Shown here: positions 46,376-55,509 of the stretch, one piece after another
Numbering within the stretch: the stretch's first letter is position 1
How the letters are laid out: every line of letters starts with the position of its first letter
Virus record (IMG/VR): IMGVR_UViG_3300028831_000229
Coordinates: 32,001 to 96,000 of that record
Strand: one strand, 5' to 3'
Length of the DNA: 64,000 nucleotides
From: a virus
Position numbers and translations under genes: made by a program
The notes under the pieces: generated by a model
What the model was told of the DNA's origin: nothing
The model's database searches: none
The model's input: the letters and a program-made list of their open reading frames with translations, nothing else

Positions 46376-46414
46376 AGCCCCGCACGTTTCACCCACGTGC
46401 GGGGCTTTTCATTT
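46376..46414 (+). terminator. Rho-independent terminator
   Basis: AGCCCCGCACGT-TTCACCC-ACGTGCGGGGCT followed by TTTCATTT. Confidence 0.85.
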
Positions 46415-46430
46415 CTACGAGGAGAGCAGC

Positions 46431-47546
46431 ATGAGGCTACCGGTTCTGAACTACCCCGAAGGTAAGGAGCTGCAACGATCGACGTGCCTCGGCACCGACC
46501 AGTGCTCCGGCTGCAAGCTGTTCGTGAAGAACGGCGGTCGCTGTGACGGCTGCACGAGCGCTCACAAGGAGCTGCTCTCGCCGAACTACGTCGCCTGCTA
46601 CAAGGAGTGCAGCCAGTGCGGCGGTGGCGGCTTCGAGGGTGTCGAGGCGCTCAGCATCTGCTGCCGCTCGCCGCTGAAGGACATCTACATGCAGGCGGTC
46701 ACCGGCGGCGACTGGAACCAGCCAGCATTCAAGGTGCACGCTCGCGAGCAGATCAAGCTCAAGAAGAAGGGCGTGTTCTACGTGACCGCTGGCTCCGTCG
46801 GCACGATTGTACGCGAGGAAGACGGCTACCTGGTGCCGCCGGACACCGAAGCGGTGGCCGTTTCGCTTGCTCGCGTGTGGTCGGGGAAGCGCTTCTCGAG
46901 CGACGACATGCACGACTACCTGCGGCTGCCGCGCAAGACGAAGCTGATGCTGATGACGATGAACCGAGACGACGTGCTGGAGCAAGCGTACGCCGCCGAG
47001 CTGTATGCTGACCCGCACGAGTTCACCAAGGTCGGCTTCACCTGGTGGATGCCGATCGCATTCAGCGCGTACCGCGGCGACGCGCACATGCAGCAGGTCT
47101 TCAACTTCTACCGCACGCTTCAGACGCTCGACCGATCGCACGGCTGGTGGTTCGTGGGCAACTACCGGCGTCCCGGTCTCCACCTCGAAGACCTGTTCGA
47201 TAAGGTGATGGAGAAGCTGCCGCAGCTGGTGTTCAACACGCAGTTCCTCGTCTCCGAGGAGATCATCAAGAAGCAACTCGCCGACGTGAAATGGTTCCAC
47301 GAGCGCTACCCGGCGAGCGTCGCTTTCTGGTTCGTCGGTGCTGCGTCGCCAACGATCTTCGCGTCCGTTCGCAAGATCGTCGGTGAGCGCCCGCTCTACT
47401 GGGTGAGCGGCAACCCGCATCACTTCGCGACGCAAGGCAAGGAGTTCGTCGCGAACGGCACCGGTAGGAAGTCGCGGCTCGCGAAGCACGAGCTGGTGAC
47501 GCACAACCTGCAAGCCTTTCAAGACTTGGTGGAGCGCTATGGCTGA
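46431..47546 (+). CDS. Cys-cluster + DUF4417-like protein
   Basis: About 10 N-terminal Cys; central P.AFSAY.GD...QQVFNFYR resembles the DUF4417 PDFSLY.D.P..Q..N.YR motif. Confidence 0.55.
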   Translation: MRLPVLNYPEGKELQRSTCLGTDQCSGCKLFVKNGGRCDGCTSAHKELLSPNYVACYKECSQCGGGGFEGVEALSICCRSPLKDIYMQAVTGGDWNQPAFKVHAREQIKLKKKGVFYVTAGSVGTIVREEDGYLVPPDTEAVAVSLARVWSGKRFSSDDMHDYLRLPRKTKLMLMTMNRDDVLEQAYAAELYADPHEFTKVGFTWWMPIAFSAYRGDAHMQQVFNFYRTLQTLDRSHGWWFVGNYRRPGLHLEDLFDKVMEKLPQLVFNTQFLVSEEIIKKQLADVKWFHERYPASVAFWFVGAASPTIFASVRKIVGERPLYWVSGNPHHFATQGKEFVANGTGRKSRLAKHELVTHNLQAFQDLVERYG

Positions 47547-48216
47547 CCTCGCACAGCTCTCGATCGACTGGGACTTCTTCGTCCGCATGGTGATTCCGTG
47601 GCAGGACTCCATCACCGAGACGGACGAGTTCCGCCTGCATCGGTGGAAGGAACGCGCTGTGCCTTCGCAGCTGCTACCGCCACCACGTACGTGGTGGCAG
47701 GAGTTCGCCCGTGGACGCTACATCCTTGGAAGCTGCGCCGTCTACGTCGCGGACTCACACCGCTATGCGGAGCGCGTGCTCGCGCAGAGCGGCGACGGTA
47801 TCTCGCGACTGATCCACGTCGATGCACACCACGACCTCGGCTACGACGACTTCAAGCAAGTCGACTGCGGGAATTGGTTGCGCTTCGTGATGGAACGTCG
47901 AACCGCGGTGCAGCTGCGCATCGTCTACCCGGACTGGAAGGGGCTTGCGGACCTTCAGCGTCGTGATCGTCCGTGGTGCGTGGAGCCGGCGCTCTCCAAG
48001 CGCATCGTGGTCGGCTGCTGGTCGACCGAGCAGATGTTCTTCGCACACGAGCACGTCGCGAAGATCTTCGTGTGCCGGTCGAGCGCGTTCACGCATCCTC
48101 GTCACGACCGCGCATTCTGCGCGTTCGTCGAGGCGATCTGTGCTTCGACGGGCACGAAGGCGCTGACGCCGTTCGTCGAGGATGAAGGCATCAACCCCCT
48201 CGAGCCGCGCCTGTAA
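47539..48216 (+). CDS. Arginase/deacetylase-fold (UPF0489-like) metallohydrolase
   Basis: LSIDWDFF, VADSH, HVDAHHD, DCGNW, FVCRS..F..P..D. Confidence 0.7.
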   Translation: MADLAQLSIDWDFFVRMVIPWQDSITETDEFRLHRWKERAVPSQLLPPPRTWWQEFARGRYILGSCAVYVADSHRYAERVLAQSGDGISRLIHVDAHHDLGYDDFKQVDCGNWLRFVMERRTAVQLRIVYPDWKGLADLQRRDRPWCVEPALSKRIVVGCWSTEQMFFAHEHVAKIFVCRSSAFTHPRHDRAFCAFVEAICASTGTKALTPFVEDEGINPLEPRL

Positions 48217-48264
48217 GTGCGCGATTGTCTGAGGGGTCCAGACGCGTTACTCTAGGAGGCAGCG

Positions 48265-49077
48265 ATGGGCAAGCAGAAAATCAAGTCGGCGGCATCGATC
48301 ATCAAGGAGAGCATCAGCAAGGACCCTGGACCGTTCAAGGCCATCCGCGTCTCCACCTGCGTGCCGAACGACTGGAACCCGAACAAGATGGATCCGTCGA
48401 CGCGTGACAAGCTCGTCCGCGGCATCAAGATGCTGCGCGACCAAGGTGCTGAGGTGCCGCCGATCATCGTGCGTCGGCACCCCGACAAGACCGTTGCGAA
48501 GTACCAGATCATCGACGGCTTCCATCGCTGGGATATCTACCGCGCCGATGGCATCGAGCGCATCAACGCCTTCGTCCTCAACGTCGACACGAAGACGGCG
48601 ATGATCCTCACCGACACGCTGAACTACCTGCGGGGCGAGCCGGCGCCGGACGATTACGCGGAATACTTCCGCCGGCTCATCACGGAGACGCAGACGCCAG
48701 TCGCCGAGCTTGGCGAGCTGGTGCACAAGAACCCCGATGAGATCGAAGCCATCCTCGATGCCTACGACATCGAGATCGAGCACATCGACGTCGTGGTGGA
48801 AGGGGACGGCGAGTCGCGCGCGAAGGACGAAGACGACGTGTTCGTCGAGGTGAAGTTCGTCATGTCGCGGTCTCAGCAGGAAGTCGTCGAGCGTGAGCTG
48901 TCACGCATCGGTGCGCTGCTCAACGGCAAGAACATCCGCGGACGCGCTCTCGAGTACATGGCGGTCAACAGCTCGCAGACCGAGCTGGACAACCTGATGG
49001 GTCAGGGCGTCGCCGACGTGCCGAAGAAGGAGAAGCTCTCGAAGCTCAAGAAGAAGATGAAGGAGAAAGCAGCATGA
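48265..49077 (+). CDS. ParB/Srx N-terminal domain protein
   Basis: PNDWNPNKM, PPIIVR, YQIIDGFHRW, N..RG. Confidence 0.85.
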   Translation: MGKQKIKSAASIIKESISKDPGPFKAIRVSTCVPNDWNPNKMDPSTRDKLVRGIKMLRDQGAEVPPIIVRRHPDKTVAKYQIIDGFHRWDIYRADGIERINAFVLNVDTKTAMILTDTLNYLRGEPAPDDYAEYFRRLITETQTPVAELGELVHKNPDEIEAILDAYDIEIEHIDVVVEGDGESRAKDEDDVFVEVKFVMSRSQQEVVERELSRIGALLNGKNIRGRALEYMAVNSSQTELDNLMGQGVADVPKKEKLSKLKKKMKEKAA

Positions 49078-49397
49078 TCGGAGACGACGATTTCACCTTC
49101 ATGGCCGACTCGTTCCCAGGGCTGGTCTCTCAGCTCCAGGAGAGCGCGGTCAAGCAAGCGGAAGACGCTCACCTCGCTGATCGCGAGAAGCGTCGCGCGC
49201 TCGCGGAGGCCAACAACCAGGGGCTCAACATCTCGGAGCTGTCGATGGCCGCGTTGGAGTCGCATCGTGCGAAGCAACAGCTCGAAGCGGACATCGACAA
49301 GATCAACCAAGAAGCCGCAGACGCGGCAGCAAAGAAGGAAGCCGATGCCAAGCAACTCCCCCAAGACCGGTTCCCCGCGCCACCAATCACCGTATAG
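49074..49397 (+). CDS. Hypothetical coiled-coil protein
   Basis: ATGA overlap. Confidence 0.55.
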   Translation: MIGDDDFTFMADSFPGLVSQLQESAVKQAEDAHLADREKRRALAEANNQGLNISELSMAALESHRAKQQLEADIDKINQEAADAAAKKEADAKQLPQDRFPAPPITV

Positions 49398-49563
49398 CGC
49401 GTCGCCGTACGGCGTCGGAGCCAACCAGGACTTTCGATGCACGTGCGGCTACCGCTTCATCGGCAAGAGCGCGACGTGTCCGAATTGCGGCAACCTCGCC
49501 AAGTCGGAAGGCGAGATCACGCGCAAGGTCGACGACGCGCCCGACCTCTTCAAGGCAGGCTAA
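49345..49563 (+). CDS. Small Zn-ribbon protein
   Basis: CTCG...CPNCG; contains LAKS and ends LFKAG. Confidence 0.55.
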   Translation: MPSNSPKTGSPRHQSPYSASPYGVGANQDFRCTCGYRFIGKSATCPNCGNLAKSEGEITRKVDDAPDLFKAG

Positions 49564-49566
49564 CCC

Positions 49567-50010
49567 ATGCGCACCTTCGCTCAGCTCTCACTGCTCGTCA
49601 CGAAAGACCCCGACCAGCGCCTCAAGCTGTTCGACCAGCTGCTTGCGCTCGACGACTCCGACGCGAACACGGCGAAGACGTTCCAGGCGAGCGACATCAC
49701 GCTCTCCGCGAACGCGACCGACACCGCGGTCGCGTTCGGTGGCGTGACGAACGCCGACACGCTCCTCATCATCGCGTACCAGGAGATCGCGGTGAAGCTG
49801 AACGCAGGTGGTTCGCCCGGCACGCAGCAGTCGTTCCGCGTGAAGCCGCTGCCGCTGACCGGCAGCGCTGATCCACTGTCGTCGTTTCAGCTCGCCGACC
49901 AGCCTGGTGTGCTCTTCATTCGCGGTAAGGTCACGAGCATTCACCTCAGCAACCCGAGCAGCGGTTCTACCGCTGAAGCGGTCATCGTCCTCGTTGGCGA
50001 GGCTTCGTAA
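49567..50010 (+). CDS. Putative virion structural protein (beta-rich)
   Basis: A/T/S/V-rich; near the portal. Confidence 0.55.
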   Translation: MRTFAQLSLLVTKDPDQRLKLFDQLLALDDSDANTAKTFQASDITLSANATDTAVAFGGVTNADTLLIIAYQEIAVKLNAGGSPGTQQSFRVKPLPLTGSADPLSSFQLADQPGVLFIRGKVTSIHLSNPSSGSTAEAVIVLVGEAS

Positions 50011-50019
50011 GGAGACACC

Positions 50020-50967
50020 ATGACGGCTCTATCAGTTTTCCCCGGCCAGACCGCGAAGGAGGTCTCGCCGAATCCGAAGTGCAACAACTGCCTCCACTAC
50101 ATGAGCAACGGCGGTCGCTCCGGCGTCTGCGTCATCGGCTTGAGCCCGTGGCTGTGCGGTGATGGCGACAACCAGGTCGCCGGCTACGCTCCGCTGGATG
50201 GCCAGGCTCCGTCCGATCCCGGCAGCTTCGCCGATCCGGGTCGTGCGAACGCGAACGTTGACCAGCTTCAGATGGTGCCGATGTCGCTCACCGTGCTCGG
50301 CGACGAACACGCAGAGATGGCGAAGAGCATCCACGACGAGCTGGATCGGCCGCAGAAGATGTGCTGCCCGCTCCACCAGAACTCCGGCGTCGCGAAGAGC
50401 TACAACGCGAGCGTCGGTGCCGTCGTGTGCCAGTGCAAGCGCATCGCGAGCAAGAGCGTGGCGCAGAAGCTGTGGAAGGCGCTCGAGAACAAGGAGCGCG
50501 TGCACCTGACGTTCAACGACGTCGTGTTCTTCGTGCGTGGCATCCGCAAGGGCATGACGCCGTTCGACATCGCCATCTCGAAGCTCCACGCCGGCACCGA
50601 CAACTCCGGTCTGAACAAGTCGCTCTACGCGCCGGACAAGCTCAAGCTCGGCGACAACAACGCGCTCGCGAAGAGCCTCTACGGTGACGACTGGACGTCG
50701 CAGTTCACGGGCACGCCGTTGTTCGACGAAGCCGTGAAGCTGCGTGAGCGCGAGATCGAGCATTGCGAGGCTGAGCTGAAGCGTCGCATCGAGCGCGCAG
50801 CGCAGCGGAAGAAGGAGGCCGCGCAGGCGGCGAAGATCCAGGCCGAGAGCCCGTACGATTACGAGGCCGAGTACCAGCGCGACGAGAAGCTGCGCATCGA
50901 CAAGTCGAAGCTGATGCTCAAGCTCCAGCAGCACCGCAACAAGCAGCTCTCGCCGAAGAAGGGATAG
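50020..50967 (+). CDS. Hypothetical head-region protein with several x-x-K-S/A motifs
   Basis: MAKS, VAKS, LWKA, LNKS, LAKS; Cys clusters; C-terminal coiled coil. Confidence 0.7.
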   Translation: MTALSVFPGQTAKEVSPNPKCNNCLHYMSNGGRSGVCVIGLSPWLCGDGDNQVAGYAPLDGQAPSDPGSFADPGRANANVDQLQMVPMSLTVLGDEHAEMAKSIHDELDRPQKMCCPLHQNSGVAKSYNASVGAVVCQCKRIASKSVAQKLWKALENKERVHLTFNDVVFFVRGIRKGMTPFDIAISKLHAGTDNSGLNKSLYAPDKLKLGDNNALAKSLYGDDWTSQFTGTPLFDEAVKLREREIEHCEAELKRRIERAAQRKKEAAQAAKIQAESPYDYEAEYQRDEKLRIDKSKLMLKLQQHRNKQLSPKKG

Positions 50968-50970
50968 CCC

Positions 50971-52818
50971 ATGCAGGTCGAACCGACTCCACCAGCGTAT
51001 CCGGTCACACCGGACATGCGAAAGGCGTTCGCCGACGCGTTCGAGGAGCTGCGCGACAAGGCGTGGACTCTCGAGCCGTCCACTGCGGTGAAACCCTCAC
51101 CGCAGCAGCCGAAGTCGTGGCTCACCGATCCGTACGCACTGATGGAGACGGTCGGCATGGGCTACCGCAACGCACCGAGCGTGTTGACGTTCGATACGCT
51201 GCGCATGACTGGCGATCGGAACACCGTCATCGCGGCAATCATCCTCACGCGCGTCAATCAGGTCGCTGCGTTCTGCCGCCCGCAGGAGAACAAGTACAGC
51301 GTCGGCTTCAAGATCAGGTTGCGCGGCAGCGCGCACATGCATCGCCGGCCGACCAAGGAAGAGAACGCGAAGGCGCAGTTCATCGAGCACTACCTTCTCA
51401 ACACCGGGCTCGAGTTCAACCTCGGACGTGATGGCTTCGAGCAAGGCGTGCGCAAGCTCGTTCGCGACTCGCTGACCTACGACCAGATGACGTTCGAGAA
51501 GGTCCGCACGTTCGGCGGTCGGCCGCACAGCTTCCACGTCGTGCCGGCCGACACCATCCGCATCGTGGCGCCGAAGATCCCCAAGGGCACGCCACCGGAT
51601 CGAGCGGATCTGAAGCGCCAGCTCAAGTACGTGCAGGTCATCAACGGCGAGATCGTCACCGAGTACACGCACGACGAACTCGCGTTCGCGGTGCGCAACC
51701 CGCGCTCGTACATCAAGGTCTACGGCTACGGTCTGCCGGAGATCGAGGTGCTGATGACGACCGTCACCTCGCACCTCTGGGCGGAGGAGTGGAACCGGCG
51801 GCAGTTCTCGCAAGGCTCGACGATCAAGGGCGTCGTCAACTTTCAGGGCAACATCCCGGCTCAGCAGTTCGAGGCGTTCAAGCGCCAGTGGTACGCGCAG
51901 ATCAGCGGTGTGAGCAACGCGTGGAAGACGCCGGTGGTGAACACCGACGGCATGACGTTCATCCCGCTTCAAGGGAACAACGTCGAGATGGGGTACCAGA
52001 TGTGGATGGAGTACCTCATCAAGATCGCGAGCGCCATCTACCAGATCGATCCGGCCGAGATCAATTTCGACCTCCGTGGTGGCTCGCAGCAGCAGCCGCT
52101 CTTCATGTCGTCGAACGAGGCGCAGCAGAAGGTCAGCAAGGATCGTGGGCTCCAGCCGCTGCTCCGGTTCGTCGAGGACACCGTCAATCGGCATGTGGTC
52201 TGGCAGATCGATGACGCCTTCGAGCTGGCGTTCGTGGGCCTCGATGCCAAGACCGAAGACCAGGCGATGCAGCTGCGCCAGCAGCAGGTCACCACCATCT
52301 ACACGCTCAACGAGGTGCGTGCGATGGAGGACTTGCCACCGCTGAAGCACGGCGACATGCCGCTGAACCCTGTCTACGCTGGTGCCAAGCAGCAAGCTGA
52401 CATGGCGGAGCAGCAACAGCAGATGGGTGGCATGCCTGGCGGCGCACCTGGCGGTGGAGGCATGCCTGGTGGTCAGCCAGGCATGCCTCCTGGCCAGGAC
52501 CAGCAGGATCAAGGTCAGGAGGCCGAGCCTGGCGGTCAGCCGGCGCCAGCACAGCCGTATGCGGGTCGCTTCGCCGGCAAGCAGCCTGGTCAGGAAGAGA
52601 AGCAAGGCGCCGACAACCTGCGGCGTTTTCACGACGAGGCCAGCGACGATTCGACCTCATCGCCGGAGCGTGGTGACCACGAGACGTCATCGGACAGCGA
52701 CGACTCGTCGGAGGACAAGCGCTACGTTCATCTTCACGACTGGGACTCGACAGTGCACGCGTCCGTCAACGACAACGACCTCGTCAAGTCGACCGTCGTC
52801 TACGACGTCATCGAGTAG
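50971..52818 (+). CDS. Portal protein (SPO1/Twort/phage K-like)
   Basis: VRDSLTYDQMTFEK, NPR...YGLPEIE, NR.QFSQGSTIKG, FKRQW...GVSNAWKTPV, YQIDPAEINF, SKDRGLQPLLRFVED. Confidence 0.92.
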   Translation: MQVEPTPPAYPVTPDMRKAFADAFEELRDKAWTLEPSTAVKPSPQQPKSWLTDPYALMETVGMGYRNAPSVLTFDTLRMTGDRNTVIAAIILTRVNQVAAFCRPQENKYSVGFKIRLRGSAHMHRRPTKEENAKAQFIEHYLLNTGLEFNLGRDGFEQGVRKLVRDSLTYDQMTFEKVRTFGGRPHSFHVVPADTIRIVAPKIPKGTPPDRADLKRQLKYVQVINGEIVTEYTHDELAFAVRNPRSYIKVYGYGLPEIEVLMTTVTSHLWAEEWNRRQFSQGSTIKGVVNFQGNIPAQQFEAFKRQWYAQISGVSNAWKTPVVNTDGMTFIPLQGNNVEMGYQMWMEYLIKIASAIYQIDPAEINFDLRGGSQQQPLFMSSNEAQQKVSKDRGLQPLLRFVEDTVNRHVVWQIDDAFELAFVGLDAKTEDQAMQLRQQQVTTIYTLNEVRAMEDLPPLKHGDMPLNPVYAGAKQQADMAEQQQQMGGMPGGAPGGGGMPGGQPGMPPGQDQQDQGQEAEPGGQPAPAQPYAGRFAGKQPGQEEKQGADNLRRFHDEASDDSTSSPERGDHETSSDSDDSSEDKRYVHLHDWDSTVHASVNDNDLVKSTVVYDVIE

Positions 52819-52827
52819 GAGCACGCC

Positions 52828-55509
52828 ATGAAGCTCGTCATCGACCTCTCGAAGGGCCGCCCGAAGGGGTCCACCAACAAGGACCACAAGTGGATCGCGC
52901 GCTACACGAACGCGAAAGGCGAGATCGTGCGCGTCTACCCGGACAAGCGGCATGGTGTGATGACGGACAAGGAGCAGCTCAAGCTGCATCCTGGTGTGTC
53001 GATCAACCAGGTCGTGAGCGACGTGATGATCGGCGGTCCGACTGGTGAGACGAAGCGCGATGGTCGTCCGAGCGTGCGCGAAGGCGAGTTCGTGCGCTAC
53101 GAGGTGGCACACGAGAGCGAGCTGCGTGACCCGCGCAATCGCGAGAACTACACGCGCGACGCGATCTCTCGCGAGAAGGTCGGGCAGTACCACGTGTTCG
53201 GCTATCCGAAGGTGCACGCCATCGAGCGCGATGAGAAAGAGAAGCCGGTGCGCTTCGCCGGCTACACGCACATCGAGTACCACCCGTCGGTGCGTGCGCA
53301 CGGCTACCGGACGCCGAAGAAGATCGAAACCTTCAAGGTCGAGCCTCACGAGATCAAGACGACGGAGGAACAAGCTCCGCAACGCGGCTTCAACGCGGCG
53401 GAGCTGCCGCTCCATGGAGACCGTGGTCCTCAGCGCATCGCTGGCGGCTCTGTGTCCGGGCGCGGTCCGGTAGCGCCTCCGCACACGAAGAAGGAGCACG
53501 ACTTCTCGATGGAGTCGATCGCTCGACGTGAGCAGATCGAGAACATGCGTCTCGACGAGCAGGTCGATCCGCTCTCGTTCGCGGCGAAGCTGTACGACAA
53601 GGCAGCGTTGAAGGCCAAGGAGAAGGCGACACCCGGTGCGCGTTCGGTGCTCGAGTTCCAGGACTGGCAGCTCGCGAAGTACCACGATCGTCAAGAGCTG
53701 ATGGACAAGCTCCAGAAGCAACCTGTCGGCGCGCTCATCTCGCTCGGCTACGCCAAGCCGACTGCGACGTCTCGCAAGCTCAACGAGGCGCTCATCGCGG
53801 AATGGACGCCGATCATCATGGGCCTGAGCGGCGACAACTTCGCTGCGTTCAAGGAGACCGACGACTACCGCGCCGCGGCAGCGCGCGATGCAGAGCGCAC
53901 GAAGCGCGGGCTCCAGCGCAACAAAGGAGGCACCGACTCGCGGAAGTACGTCAACGCGTACAAGCGAACCGTGGTGAGCGACCTCTTCCAGGCTGGCGCC
54001 GAGAAGCTGCTGCGCATCGCTCGGCAGTACGAGGTCGACACGGAGAATCCGCGCCATCGCTTCGACAAGCTCGCCTACGCTTCGGTAGCGAATGAGATCC
54101 GCAAGCAGAGCCGCATCAAGGCAGAGGAAGCTGGCCTCCTCGTACCCGTGAAGCACGAAGGCGAGATCGAGCAGGCGATGCGCGAGAACGCGCGCGGCGG
54201 CGGATCGATGGAGCCGCTCTCGCCGCATGAGGCTGCCGAGCTGAAGCAAGTCACGCCGGTTGCGCGAACCGCGCTCGCCGAGATCATGCCGAAGCTCCCG
54301 GATGCATACAGGCGTGTCGTGGAGGCACGCCTGTGGCTCGACGAGCCGTCGGACGGTGGCGTGCCATTGCTCGATGCTCCGCAGTCTCGCGCGGAGACGA
54401 TGACGCGCAAGCAGCGTCACGAGAAGCTCGATGAGAAGATCGCAGAGGCTGAGGAGCGCGGAGAGACCGTGGCGCGCGACCGACGCAAGCCGCGTTCGTG
54501 GGAGCGCGAGTGGACCGGCTTCGGTTCGATCGCTGACAAGTACCAGACCTGGATCGATCCAGAGACCGGTACCTCGTTCAACATCGACGAGTACAGTGTT
54601 GGCCACCAGCGTGAGGTACTCCAGAACTACTACCGCATGGGCGTCGCTCACATCATCCGCGAGCTGTCGGTGCCCGTGACGCGCACGAAGCCTGGGAAGC
54701 ACGACGCGCCGGTTTCGCATCCTCGTGCGTTCCAGCCGAGCGCCGAGTGGAAGCAGCGCGAGAACCACGTCATCGTGCCGCTCACGAACAAGGAAATCGC
54801 GCGCCTCTCACCGGAGGAGCAACTGACCTACACCGCAGTCGGAGGTGAACCCCGTGTGCTCACGCAACAAGGCAAGGCTGTCAAGCGCTACCTCCAGATC
54901 GAGACCAAGCTGGCTACTCAGAATCGCCGTCGGTGGATGGCTCCTGGTCATCAGCGCGAGGTGGATACTTCGACCGTCTCGATCGAGAAGCTGAAGAAGC
55001 CGCGCGCCGTCGGTTGGAAGATCGAACACACCTCTCCGCTCGAGAACCAAGCGGTGCGCTTCTTCACGTCGTCGGCCAACCAGGCGCTGGCTGGTCGTCT
55101 CGGGATGCATGATCTGCACGAGTACGCGCAGCAGGTGCACCAGCAGAACGTCTCGCCGGGCACGTACGCGGAGAACCTCTACCGCCGAGCGCGAAAGCAC
55201 TACAAGGTGTTCCACGAGGTCAACAACATGACCGACAAGCAGCTCGATCGTGAGCACAGCCAGCACGCGCGTCGTGTGCAGGTGCTTCAGAGCAAGCTGC
55301 GCACGGTGAAGGACGACGACACGCACAAGCGGATCCTCCACGACATCTCGGTGTCCGAGGGGCGCGTGCACATCATGGACTTCGTTCGGCAGACGCGTGG
55401 CACCACCAAGAGCATGGTGGTCACCAAGAAGGACACCCCATTGTCGCTCATCAAGGCGTTCCTCGACTACGACTTCGAGCTGGATCGGCTCGGTGTGGAG
55501 ATGAACTGA
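52828..55509 (+). CDS. Large head-region protein containing sigma70-like regions 2 and 4
   Basis: EALIAEWTPII; SDLFQAGAEKLLRIARQY...F.KLAYASVANEI; ALAEIMPKLPDAYRRVVEARL; N-terminal LSKG. Confidence 0.65.
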   Translation: MKLVIDLSKGRPKGSTNKDHKWIARYTNAKGEIVRVYPDKRHGVMTDKEQLKLHPGVSINQVVSDVMIGGPTGETKRDGRPSVREGEFVRYEVAHESELRDPRNRENYTRDAISREKVGQYHVFGYPKVHAIERDEKEKPVRFAGYTHIEYHPSVRAHGYRTPKKIETFKVEPHEIKTTEEQAPQRGFNAAELPLHGDRGPQRIAGGSVSGRGPVAPPHTKKEHDFSMESIARREQIENMRLDEQVDPLSFAAKLYDKAALKAKEKATPGARSVLEFQDWQLAKYHDRQELMDKLQKQPVGALISLGYAKPTATSRKLNEALIAEWTPIIMGLSGDNFAAFKETDDYRAAAARDAERTKRGLQRNKGGTDSRKYVNAYKRTVVSDLFQAGAEKLLRIARQYEVDTENPRHRFDKLAYASVANEIRKQSRIKAEEAGLLVPVKHEGEIEQAMRENARGGGSMEPLSPHEAAELKQVTPVARTALAEIMPKLPDAYRRVVEARLWLDEPSDGGVPLLDAPQSRAETMTRKQRHEKLDEKIAEAEERGETVARDRRKPRSWEREWTGFGSIADKYQTWIDPETGTSFNIDEYSVGHQREVLQNYYRMGVAHIIRELSVPVTRTKPGKHDAPVSHPRAFQPSAEWKQRENHVIVPLTNKEIARLSPEEQLTYTAVGGEPRVLTQQGKAVKRYLQIETKLATQNRRRWMAPGHQREVDTSTVSIEKLKKPRAVGWKIEHTSPLENQAVRFFTSSANQALAGRLGMHDLHEYAQQVHQQNVSPGTYAENLYRRARKHYKVFHEVNNMTDKQLDREHSQHARRVQVLQSKLRTVKDDDTHKRILHDISVSEGRVHIMDFVRQTRGTTKSMVVTKKDTPLSLIKAFLDYDFELDRLGVEMN

